A DNA stretch of 32,000 bases from an uncultured archaeon (lineage in GTDB: Archaea > Asgardarchaeota > Jordiarchaeia > Jordiarchaeales > Jordiarchaeaceae). The stretch spans positions 31,948-63,947 of the forward strand of contig CAZECW010000113.1 of NCBI GenBank assembly GCA_964510585.1, read 5' to 3'. The translations under genes and the position numbers were made by a program. Numbering within the stretch: position 1 is the stretch's first letter; each line of letters opens with the position of its first letter. Below the pieces are notes generated by a model. It had not been told where the DNA came from, searched no databases, and worked only from the letters and a program-made list of their open reading frames with translations. Below, piece by piece: positions 1 to 9,800 of this stretch.

Positions 1-2
1 TT

Positions 3-773
3 AAACCTAGAAATGAGAGGGAAACTTGGGCTAAGGATATCCCATTCTCAAAATCGGCGGATACACTACTTTACGCTGGTTGCACTTATCCCTACATTTT
101 CCCAGACTGGTTGAGAACCGCAGCCCAGACACTCACAGGTATTGGGTTGAAACTGAATTGCTTGGGCAATGAGGAGTTTTGCTGTGGAAACCTGATGCTC
201 ACAACCGGCTTTTTAGAAGACTTCATGGAAACTGGAAAAAAGAACATAGAGGCCTTCCGAAAAGCTGGCGTAAAAAGAATAGTCACCGGCTGTCCGGGAT
301 GTTACAAGATTTTCGCCGAGGATTATCCTAAATATTTCAGCAATTTTGACATAGAGGTGGAGCACATAACCCAGCTTGTGGCAAGATTGATAGATGAGGG
401 AAAAATAAAACCAACCAGACCAGTGAATTCCGTCATCACATATCATGACCCCTGCCACCTTGGTAGACATATGAGGGTAATAGAGGAACCCCGCAAGATT
501 CTGGACAGTATCCCCGGACTGGAACTAAGAGAGATGGAGCATAACAAGTTCGATGCAAAGTGCTGTGGAGCTGGAGGAGGAATGATGGCCGCTTACCCAG
601 AGGTTGCAGTAAAAATAGCAGAAAAAAGAGTAAAAGAGGCAGAAGCCACTGGAGCAGAAATGCTGGTAACAATCTGCCCCATTTGCGAATTCAACTTTGA
701 CAGAGCCATAAGATACACAGACTCAAAAATAAAACTAGTCGACCTAATGGAGATACTCAAAAAATCCATTTAG
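3..773 (+). CDS. CCG-domain Fe-S oxidoreductase (HdrD/GlpC-like), 5' partial
   Basis: The frame is open from the window start (KPRNERETWAKDIPFSKSADTLLYAGCTYP...), so the track start at 111 is internal. Two CCG domains: YAGC...CCG...GCPGC and YHDPCHLGR...CCGAGGG...CPIC. Confidence 0.9.
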   Translation, partial: KPRNERETWAKDIPFSKSADTLLYAGCTYPYIFPDWLRTAAQTLTGIGLKLNCLGNEEFCCGNLMLTTGFLEDFMETGKKNIEAFRKAGVKRIVTGCPGCYKIFAEDYPKYFSNFDIEVEHITQLVARLIDEGKIKPTRPVNSVITYHDPCHLGRHMRVIEEPRKILDSIPGLELREMEHNKFDAKCCGAGGGMMAAYPEVAVKIAEKRVKEAEATGAEMLVTICPICEFNFDRAIRYTDSKIKLVDLMEILKKSI

Positions 774-818
774 CCGCGCATCAATCACACCCCATCACTA
801 AGCCAGAAAACATCATAA

Positions 819-841
819 GGGGACAAAGATTAAGGGTCCCC
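819..841. terminator. GC-rich hairpin between convergent genes
   Basis: GGGGAC (819-824) pairs with GTCCCC (836-841) around an 11-nt loop, between the convergent 3' ends of the CCG gene and moaA, next to A/T runs. Confidence 0.3.
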
Positions 842-944
842 ACAATCAAAAATTTTTAAATGTGTTTTCCGAAAAAAATTAGGAAAGAACTGTTTCCGAA
901 CCAATTTTACTATTTTTAATCGTGTTGCAGGCTGAGCAGGTTTA

Positions 945-1892
945 TCATTCAAAACATTTGGATGAGAGGTTCTCATCCTTGGCCCCGTAGTAGGGTTCGC
1001 GGAGTTCAACTGCTTTTAGAAACAGTTCTCTGAGAGTTTTGGAATCCGCACCTCCTCTGAGGGGGCCTATAATGTCAATAAGGTTGTCGCTTCGCATAAG
1101 GCAGGGTTTCAGCTTGCCATCACTTGTGAGGCGTATTCGGGTACAGTTTGAACAAAAATCGCTGTTATGTACCGGTCTTACAATTTCCACTTCTGCACCG
1201 CCGGGTAGAAAGTACTTTTTTCTGTTCTGCATACTTTTTCTAGTAACCACCCTTTCTGCATAGCCTCCCAACTCCACCTCTAAGGGCTCCACATCCACGT
1301 GAAAACGCTGGAAAACCTCGTTTCCCAAATCCACAAGCTCAATCACCTGCAGAATGGCGCCCTTGCTTTGAGAAAAACGCACCAAATCCCAAAACTCATT
1401 TTCATTCAACCCCCTCAATAAAACCATGTTAAGCTTAATGGGTCTAAGCCCAGCCGCCGAAGCCTCATCAATCCCACACAACACAGAGTCTAATTCATCA
1501 AAACCGGTAATTACCTTATATTTTTCAGGGACCAAGGAATCTAAACTAACATTTACCCTCTTTAACCCCACCTCTCTCAATTCCCAAGCCTTATCCGCAA
1601 GCAGAGTAGCATTAGTAGTCATAGAAACCTCCTCAATCCCGGGTACCGAGGAAATCCTCTCCACCAATTCAAAAATATCCCTCCGCAGCAAAGGTTCCCC
1701 ACCAGTCAACTTCACCCGCCTAACACCCTCAACCGCCGCCACTTCCACGATTCTCTCAATCTCATAAGCCTCCAACTCGCAACTAGGATTAATCTCACCC
1801 TCACCATGACAATAAATACACCTAAGATTGCAACGATGAGTAAGGGAAACCCGAATGTCCCTAATAGGCCTCCCATATCTGTCGCAAACCAT
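945..1892 (-). CDS. moaA: GTP 3',8-cyclase (molybdenum/tungsten cofactor biosynthesis, radical SAM)
   Basis: DRYGRPIRDIRVSLTHRCNLRCIYC (CxxxCxxC), VKLTGGEPLLR, and C-terminal cluster FCSNCTRIRLTSDGKLKPCL. SD-like GGGAGTG lies 5 nt before the ATG. Confidence 0.96.
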   Translation of the reverse strand: MVCDRYGRPIRDIRVSLTHRCNLRCIYCHGEGEINPSCELEAYEIERIVEVAAVEGVRRVKLTGGEPLLRRDIFELVERISSVPGIEEVSMTTNATLLADKAWELREVGLKRVNVSLDSLVPEKYKVITGFDELDSVLCGIDEASAAGLRPIKLNMVLLRGLNENEFWDLVRFSQSKGAILQVIELVDLGNEVFQRFHVDVEPLEVELGGYAERVVTRKSMQNRKKYFLPGGAEVEIVRPVHNSDFCSNCTRIRLTSDGKLKPCLMRSDNLIDIIGPLRGGADSKTLRELFLKAVELREPYYGAKDENLSSKCFE

Positions 1893-2023
1893 AATTGCAC
1901 TCCCAAGATTCTAAACTAACAACCACAAAGAAACTTAAAACATTAACCCCACAAAACAAAAAAACATAAACTAACCAGAAAAGCCAAACCCACAAACAAA
2001 ACACTAATCGCAAACCCAAAAAG

Positions 2024-2257
2024 TCAAAATTTAACTTCCCTAACCCGCGACGGCTTCTTAAAATCAATTCTTATAGCGTCAACAGGACAACGCGAAACAC
2101 ACATCTTACAACCCAGGCAGCTACTCTCATCCATAACCACAGCCAAACTCCTGTCCCCCAAATCCACAATTTTATAGATTCTGGCCCCCTTTGGACACAC
2201 AGCCCTGCAAATACCCTCACCTCTACACTTCTCCGGATCAACAGTAATCCTGACAAT
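2024..2257 (-). CDS. Dicluster-type ferredoxin (start at ATT 2257 or GTG 2272)
   Basis: VDPEKCRGEGICRAVCP and CLGCKMCVSRCPVDAI. SD GAGGTG (2270-2265) lies 7 nt upstream of an in-frame ATT. Confidence 0.9.
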   Translation of the reverse strand: MVRITVDPEKCRGEGICRAVCPKGARIYKIVDLGDRSLAVVMDESSCLGCKMCVSRCPVDAIRIDFKKPSRVREVKF

Positions 2258-2379
2258 AAAAAACCACCTCACAAACTATAAAAAGCACATCCAACAAAAC
2301 ATAAAAACTTTAGCCTGAAAAATCAAAATCCAGAACAAAAATAAACCCACTCTAAAAGTCAAAAAAGGAATTCCAGACC

Positions 2380-2928
2380 TTAATCCGAGTCTTGGGAAGC
2401 CCTACTTAATAAGCTGCGCAAGAGACCGCCGGAAGGCTTCGCGCCATATTCCTTCACACTCTCAGAAGCCCTGGATTCCATTCTAACTTCACCAGCTTTA
2501 ACCTCAGAAAGAACACTAGCAACAGAACGCAAAAAGTCGGGGTTAATACGCCACTCCGTAGTATCCTGCCCCGCCCTACACTCCAAAAAATCAGAGCCCA
2601 AAACCTGCTGAGACTGAGTCAAAATAGTGCTTACACGCACCAGACCCACTCCCCTGTCCCAACTCCGTGCAACACGACACAACTCAAAAACAGTATACCA
2701 ATTACCACTACTCAAAACGTCAAAAATAGCCCTCTTACACATGTCCCCCCCAATCAATCTCCTCAGCATATCACTCTTACCCGAACTTGAACTCACACCA
2801 GAACCGTAACCCCAACTATGACCAGAAACGCTTGAAGAGCCAGACGGAGAATTAGAAGCAGAAGACTGAGAATTGGAATCACCACTAACCCTACCAAAAA
2901 TCGACCTATGAGAATTCTCCTCAAGCAT
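2380..2928 (-). CDS. Hypothetical protein, probable winged helix-turn-helix core with Ser/Gly-rich N-terminal tail
   Basis: GGAGG lies 9 nt before the ATG. The pattern KRAIFDVLS-WYT-VFELCRVARS-GLVRVSTILTQ-FLECRAG..TEWRIN fits wHTH topology by eye. Confidence 0.7.
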   Translation of the reverse strand: MLEENSHRSIFGRVSGDSNSQSSASNSPSGSSSVSGHSWGYGSGVSSSSGKSDMLRRLIGGDMCKRAIFDVLSSGNWYTVFELCRVARSWDRGVGLVRVSTILTQSQQVLGSDFLECRAGQDTTEWRINPDFLRSVASVLSEVKAGEVRMESRASESVKEYGAKPSGGLLRSLLSRASQDSD

Positions 2929-3942
2929 AAAAGGAATCCTCCAAACCGCAAATAACTACAGCTCACAGTTAAGGAATCTATCCGAAAACAAGATAAAAAA
3001 TTGAGTAACACGCAACTAATACATATATAACTCAAAAAACCATAGAGTTCTTATAAAAAAGGGGCCAAAAAAAGCACAAAGCACCACTAGTTTAAACGAG
3101 AAAACAATAAAAACACAAAAAACCAAAACGAAATAAACAAAAAACCGAAAACAACAGAAAGATTTTTATTTGTAAAATACAAAATACATATTGGGGAAGT
3201 TGAACCTCACGCCGCGAAGTCCACACTAAGCTCACTAATCGCTTTCCCCCCTCACTTGCATTGTCGTTGTTGGTCTTCTTTTTTTGTTTTGGTGTGGGCG
3301 TATGGGCGCGAGGGCTTCCCTGACGTTTACTTCTTCCTCTGGAGAATGATTCACCACATAGTTCACTTAATTTGGGTTTTTTACTTATTTTAACAAATTT
3401 TAAAATTGTTTTAGTGTTTGTTTTATTTATGGGGAGAAATAAACGTTTTTCCAGCACATTTTTAAATTCATTTTTCAAATGTTCAGTCTACAAAGAGAGA
3501 ATGGAAACAATTACAAGTTGCACAACTCAGCAATTTTATAAATGGTTTAAAGGAAATCTAAAAAATATTTGAGGTGTATGTCTAACCCATGGGGGGGATA
3601 CACCTTTTTAGCTGAGGATGGGAATCGCTCAGATTTTTAAGGGAAGTGAAGGCTAAAATTGAGGATAGAAAAAGGGCTCTTTTTTAGCAATTATAGAGGG
3701 TTATTCCCAGTTTTCCCCTTACAATGGCTAAATGTGTATGGAAAAGGCTTGTTCCACTGAATATCACCAAAGTTAAGGCATACGTGGTTCTGCGCTTCTG
3801 TGTGTGAAGTACACCGCAGCGCTTTTAATTGCTTTAGAACCCTTTTTCTGGTGGGTGGGCCCCATTGCTCTTTTATTAGTTGTATTTTTGTGTTGTTCCA
3901 TCTTTGGGGATGGTGAACTGCTGCTTTATTTTTTGGTGATTA

Positions 3943-4575
3943 TTATTTTTGTTTGTCTTCGATTATTATTTCTTCGATTCCCTCTTTGGTGATTTTGTGT
4001 ATTTGGATTCTGCCTCCTGATGCTGTGTCGCGAGCTTTGGCTGCTCTTACTGCTCTTATGGCTAGGTCTTTTGCTTCTTCTACGGTGATGCCGTCTTTGT
4101 ATTCGTCTTCCAGTACTCCGTAGGCTATCACGGATCCTGATCCAGTTGCTCCAAATTTTGGTTCTTCTAGTAGGCTTCCTAGGGGATCTAGAGTGTAGAT
4201 GTGTGGGCCTGTTTCGTCTACTCCTCCTAGGACTGGCATGGTAATGTATGGGTTGATTCGGTTTTGGTATAGTAGTACGGACATGAGGTTTGCTGCTGCT
4301 TTTACGGTGACGTCTCTTCCTATTTCGTGTTTTCTGAGGGCTAGGTTTGCGGACATTATTTTTGCTACCTGCTGGCAGTCGGCAACGCCCCCGGAGATGG
4401 TCATGGATATTCGGGGGGCTATTTTGTATATTTTGGGGGCGGTTATGTTGGCCACTATGTTCCCCATGGTTGCTTGGGATTCTGTTGCCAGTATTACTCC
4501 GTCCTTGCAGACGATTCCCAAAGTGGTTGTGCCGCTTACATATATATTATCGTTAATTTTATTGTCTCTGCTCAT
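3943..4575 (-). CDS. psmB: 20S proteasome beta subunit
   Basis: Propeptide MSRDNKINDNIYVSG followed by TTTLGIVCKDGVILATESQATMG (catalytic Thr1), KIYKI, GATGSG and RDTASGG. Confidence 0.97.
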   Translation of the reverse strand: MSRDNKINDNIYVSGTTTLGIVCKDGVILATESQATMGNIVANITAPKIYKIAPRISMTISGGVADCQQVAKIMSANLALRKHEIGRDVTVKAAANLMSVLLYQNRINPYITMPVLGGVDETGPHIYTLDPLGSLLEEPKFGATGSGSVIAYGVLEDEYKDGITVEEAKDLAIRAVRAAKARDTASGGRIQIHKITKEGIEEIIIEDKQK

Positions 4576-4647
4576 GGTTACCCTACTCCTGAATTTCTGT
4601 CTGTGTATTTAGTATTGAGGTTTTTGCTTTTATTGACTTGGTAGGTG

Positions 4648-4668
4648 AAGTATTAATACTTTTTCATA
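4648..4668 (-). promoter_or_regulatory. BRE/TATA-like promoter of psmB containing a 14-bp perfect palindrome
   Basis: The minus strand reads TGAAAAAGTATTAATACTT. AAGTATTAATACTT (4648-4661) is self-complementary and lies about 75-85 nt upstream of the psmB ATG. Confidence 0.45.
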
Positions 4669-4991
4669 TTAAACCTGCCTAACCTTCCTGCCGGACAGTA
4701 TCGCCAAAGATGGGAATATGGCTGAATGGGAGGGAAGGACTGCATTGGGATGCTAGTGTTTTCCCCAATTGTTCAGTTTTTAAACTGGTTTGAAAAATGT
4801 GTGAGAAAGATATAGTATTCCCCACCTAAGCGCATCGTCAACCAACCTTCGCAGAGAAGAAGATAATTCTCCCAAAAATACTTGAGATAAATGGGATAAG
4901 TGTTTAAAGAATAGTTATGTTGTGTTAGCAATAGGTTTATGACTTATTATTGAGGGTTTGGTGGTGGTTTTATATTTTTGAGTTTCTTTTT

Positions 4992-6047
4992 TTAGAAGGT
5001 TTCTGTGGAGTCTACTACGTCTTCTAGGAATTTTTGGTATTTGAGGACTACTTTTTCTTTTAGGTCCATTGCTAGAACTGGGTTTACTTTGGCGATTTTT
5101 CTGAGTAGGAATTCGACGAGGAGTTCGTTTGTTTCTCCGTTGACTTTCAGGGCTATATTGTCTGAGCCCATGCATTCTAGGAGTACGCTTAGAATTTCTT
5201 CTCGGTCTTCGCTTCCACCGTAAGAGAAGAGGCGTAGGAGTTCGTTTCCGGCGATTCTTGTGAAGAAGAGTTTTAATTCTTTTAGATCTTTTTTGAGGAG
5301 GTTTGAGACTCCGGCTTTGATTATGCTCCAAACGAAGTCGTAGGCAACTCCCTCTCTTCTAACCACGAAAACGCACAGGAGGATGTCCTCTAAATCTTTA
5401 GTGTTTTTTTCCCTCTCAACGGCTAGGGCAATTTTTTGCCTGTCAAGCTTCTCAACGAAATCTTCCACAAGTAGGGGGTCTATTTCAAGGAGACACCGCA
5501 AACATAGGGCTAGAGAGGACAGGTCTTCTCCGGTGCTCAGCCTTTCTATTATGGTGCCCCAATCCATTTTTAGGGCCAGTTCCCTGGCGACTGTCTTATT
5601 TACTGAACCTAATGCTTCCAGAAAAAGGACCGGGTCTGTAAAATTTCCAGTATAGTTGTTGAGTTTATTAAGTAGGGATTCTTTGTTCATGTTGTCGGCC
5701 AGCCATTCTGGAACCCAGCTGGAGGGCAATCCTTTGGAGCCTTGCCCAAGATAACTGAAGAATTTTCTAATCACTCCCAAATCTTCTTCACTATTCAACT
5801 TCTCAACCAAAACAGGCAAATCTAATCCATTAAGTAACTCTTCAACCAAGTTTTTGGTCTCAAAACTCATCTGAAAAACAACCAGTCCAATCTTGCTCAG
5901 TTCTGGATTTCTATTAAGCTCATCCATAACGGCTTTTAGCTCCTCCACTGACAAGAGAGCTCTGCGCACCAGCTCTCTACTCTCATTCAATAAACGGTCA
6001 GAATCTGAATGGTCTCCCTGTGCCATCGAGTCTTGACTCCTCCACAA
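4992..6047 (-). CDS. Hypothetical alpha-helical repeat (solenoid-like) protein
   Basis: 351-codon Leu/Glu-rich ORF with degenerate ~40-aa repeats. An SD-like GGAGGAG favours the ATG at 6026 as start. Confidence 0.75.
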   Translation of the reverse strand: MWRSQDSMAQGDHSDSDRLLNESRELVRRALLSVEELKAVMDELNRNPELSKIGLVVFQMSFETKNLVEELLNGLDLPVLVEKLNSEEDLGVIRKFFSYLGQGSKGLPSSWVPEWLADNMNKESLLNKLNNYTGNFTDPVLFLEALGSVNKTVARELALKMDWGTIIERLSTGEDLSSLALCLRCLLEIDPLLVEDFVEKLDRQKIALAVEREKNTKDLEDILLCVFVVRREGVAYDFVWSIIKAGVSNLLKKDLKELKLFFTRIAGNELLRLFSYGGSEDREEILSVLLECMGSDNIALKVNGETNELLVEFLLRKIAKVNPVLAMDLKEKVVLKYQKFLEDVVDSTETF

Positions 6048-6855
6048 TTATAAACTAGCCATCCCATATTTCACGTACTAGACGGGGGGTCTACACCCTT
6101 AAAAGATAAATGCGCTATCCCGAATTATTAACGTTTTCTAATCTAACACAAACTCTAAACGATCATACTCCTCGATTTGCTATTTAGAGTATCTACAGAC
6201 CAACGGGAAAACCACGTATGCTTACAGGCCTCAAACAAAGCCTCGTATGTTTCCACGATCCAGATAATACAGAAATAAGGTCTTCAAATATTTTAGGAAA
6301 TCCTCGAATATGTGAATTTCTGCGTGGCTTTCGCTATTCTCAGCGGTTTTTATCATATTCAGTTTGCCATTTGCATGGCCTCTTAATCAATATGTACGCG
6401 CTTCCTGTCTAAATGGGGTAGACAAAAGAAAGTTTGGGAAGAAGACTCAAGATGATGTAGTTTCGTTCAATTTCGCCTTTGAAAGAAGCTTTCGTAGGGC
6501 TTCTTTTCCGATTTAGAGCCTCAAAATGGAGGGTAGAATCGGACTAATCTGCATCGCCGAGGACTCAATCAGAAAAGATTTAAATATTCTCTTTGTTTTT
6601 TTCTTACTGTCATGGAGGTCAACGGAAGTGTATCGCCGCCAAATTTGACAGCTAAAAGGCAAAACTACTTCTCAACTGTGAAAAGGCTAAGCCTTCCGTT
6701 GAAAACTTTTAATAACATGCATAAAATTATTTCTGGGGAGCTAGTTTCCCAAAAAATTCCTTGTAAAAGGTATTATGACAAAATTTTTCAGGATAAATCA
6801 TTCTCTAACAATCTTCTAGTGATAACAGAAAAATCTTGCGCTGGAAGTGAAAAGT

Positions 6856-9800
6856 ATGCCCCTCTATAAGGACGTTGAAACTACACCTGATTATCCAAAA
6901 ATCGAAGAGGAAATCCTAAAATTCTGGAAGCAAAACAAGATATTCCAAAAAACCCAAGAATTCCGGGAAAAAAACAATAAGGGATGGTTCGTTTTCCTTG
7001 AGGGCCCGCCCACCGCAAATGGGTTGCCCCACGTAGGCCACGTTCTAACCAGAGCGGTAAAAGATGTGGTTATGAGATACAGGACAATGAAGGGCGAGTA
7101 TGTAAACCCTCGACGGGCTGGGTGGGACACTCATGGTCTTCCGGTGGAGCTTGAAGTTGAAAAGGCTCTGGGTTTGAATAGCAAGAAGGAAATTGAGGAG
7201 TACGGTGTTGCAAAGTTTAATGAGAAGTGTAGGGAAAGCGTTTTCCGCTACGAGAAGGAATGGGTTAGGATGACGGAGCGTGTAGCCACCTGGATGGATA
7301 TGGATAATCCCTATGTTACACTTGAGCCGTATTTTATTGAGTCTGTTTGGTGGTCTTTGAAGCAGATTTGGAGCAAGGGTAACCTGTATCGTGATTACTA
7401 TGTGGTCTTGTATTGTCCTCGCTGTGGCACCCCTTTAAGTGCACATGAAGTGGCTTTGGGTGGCTATAAGGATGTTAAGGATCCCTCTATTCATATTAAG
7501 TTTAAGCTGTTGGGGGAGGAAAACACTTATTTTTTGGCTTGGACGACTACGCCTTGGACCCTGCTTTCTAATGTGGCTTTGGCGGTTCATCCAGATTATG
7601 ATTATATTTTGGTGGAGTATAAGGGTGAGCGGTTGATTCTAGCTAAGGCTCTCCAAATGGTTCTTGAGGGTAATTACAAGATTGTTCGGGAGTTTAAGGG
7701 TAAGGAATTGGAGGGCTTAGAGTATTGGCCACTGTTTGATTTCGTTAAGCCAGAGAAGAAGGCTTTTGTTGTGGTTTTGGCGGATTTTGTCACCCTCACT
7801 GAGGGTACCGGTATTGTACATATGGCTCCAGCTTTTGGCGCTGAAGACTTTGAAGTCGCCAAAAAATATGACTTGGCAATTATACAATTGGTTGACGAGG
7901 CCGGCCGCATAAAGGAAGAAGCCAAACCCTTTGCCGGGATGAAGGTTAAGGATGCGGATAAAAAGATAATTGAAGCTTTAAGAGAGAAAGGACTACTCTT
8001 CCGCGAGGGAGTTTTGGAACACGCTTATCCCTTCTGCTGGCGCTGCGATACCCCTCTTCTCTATTATGCCATTGAAACATGGTATATTAAATTGAGTGCT
8101 CTGCGGGAGAATCTACTCCGGAACAATGAGAAGATAAACTGGTATCCTCGACACCTTAAGCATGGACGCTTCGGCAACTTTCTCGAGGAGGGCAAGGACT
8201 GGGCTCTAAGCCGTAACCGATTTTGGGGAACACCACTTCCCATATGGAAGTGCGATAATAAACACTATGTTTGTGTGGGAAGCTTCAAGGAGCTAGAAGA
8301 GTATGCAGGCCCTCTACCTAAGGATTTTGATCCCCATAGACCCTACGTGGACCAGATTACTTTTGCCTGTCCTGAGTGCGGTGCAAATATGAAGAGGGAG
8401 CCCTACGTAATTGACTGTTGGTACGATTCTGGTGCAGCATCATTTGCGGAGCATCACTACCCATTTGAAAACAAAGAATTTTTTGAGAAAACTTTCCCAG
8501 TAACATTCATCACAGAAGCCATAGATCAGACTCGAGGCTGGTTCTTCAGCCTGCACGCTGTGGCAACCGCTGTTTTCGACAGTCACGCATATCAGAATGT
8601 GGTTTCCCTAGGCCACGTTCTAGACGAACACGGACACAAGATGAGTAAATCTCGGGGAAACGTTGTTGACCCGAATGTAATATTTAGAAATGAGGGCGCG
8701 GATGCAATGCGCTGGTACTTCTTTGTGTCCAGCCCACCTTGGGCACCTAAAAGATTCAGTGAAAAAATGGTGATTGAAACCAGAAACCATTTCCTGAATA
8801 CTCTCTGGAACGCCTATTACTTCTATGTCACCAACGCCAACATAGACGATTTTAATCCTTACGATGATAAATTCAAGAAAAAGGATTCGCAGAACATTCT
8901 TGATAGGTGGCTTAAAAGCAGACTGAACCGCGTTATCAAAATTGTGGACTCAAGTATGAAGAGCTATATGATCCACACCGCTGCCAGAGCAATCGATAAG
9001 TTTGTGGTGGACGAGTTAAGCAATTGGTATATTAGAAGGTCTAGGAGAAGATTCTGGAGGGCGGAAATGGACGAGGACAAAATCGCCGCCTATCACACAC
9101 TCTTTGAAGCCCTGGAAAAAATAGTGAGAATTCTAGCACCATTTATACCACTAATATCTGAGGCCATGTACCAAAACCTTTCCAAGGGAAACGGTGAAGC
9201 ACCTGAAAGTGTACATATGACAGACTTCCCAGAATTCAAGGAGGAACTATTCGATGATGAACTAGAGAAAAGTATGGGTTTAGCCATTGAAATTTCAAGT
9301 GCAGGACGCGCCGCCAGAGCCAGCAAAAACATAAAACTTAGACACCCCCTCCAAGAGCTGGTGGTAGTGGCAGATTCGGAAAGTCTAGATTACATAAAAC
9401 CCTTAGAACACGTATTAAAGGACGAACTTAACGTTAAAAATGTCAAATATGAAACTGACGATTCCAATTATGTCACCTACAAGCTTAAACCCAACTACAA
9501 AAACATCGGTCCAAAGTTTAAGAACCTAGCACCGAAAATAGTTCAAGAATTAGAGAGACTGGATCCTAAGGAAGCTGCACAGAAGCTTGCGGGACAGGGC
9601 AAGCTCACATTGTTCATTGGCGGTGAACAAGTGGAACTAACAAGTGAAGAAGTTGAAGTTGAAACTCTTGAAAAGGAGAATTATGTGATGGGCCAGGCCG
9701 GCCACGTAAAAGTATTTCTTAACACCATAATTACCCCCGAACTGGCAGAAGAAGCTCTGGCTAGAGAAATAGTGAGAAGAATACAGACTATGAGAAAAGA

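Noticed and set aside
942-959. moaA ends C-F-E-TGA-TAA, which would be a C-terminal CxxU if TGA were recoded
   Set aside because: Tandem stops also occur at psmB (TAA TAA), the tail lies beyond the conserved REPY end, MoaA is not a known selenoprotein family, and I saw no convincing SECIS downstream.
3092-3478. 128-aa minus-strand ORF, and a 39-aa ORF (MNHSPEEEVNVREALAPIRPH...) in another frame
   Set aside because: Composition follows the A/T runs of intergenic DNA, with no SD and no recognisable motif.
3804-3992. 62-aa hydrophobic plus-strand ORF
   Set aside because: Hydrophobicity comes from the T-rich complement of the psmB 3' end and terminator; it overlaps psmB antisense.
4683-4768. 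Hairpins CCTTCC/GGAAGG and TTGGGA/TCCCCAA upstream of the psmB promoter
   Set aside because: No C/D, ACA or K-turn boxes identified, and stems this short are expected by chance.
4915-5331. 138-aa Arg/Lys/Pro-rich ORF
   Set aside because: Alternative frame of the real 4992-6047 gene on the same strand.
6050-6846. About 800-bp divergent intergenic region with short ORFs (6218-6412, 6612-6869 and a 41-aa minus-strand ORF)
   Set aside because: No recognisable protein family, terminal repeats or RNA motif. It could hold a decayed gene, but I cannot support that by eye.
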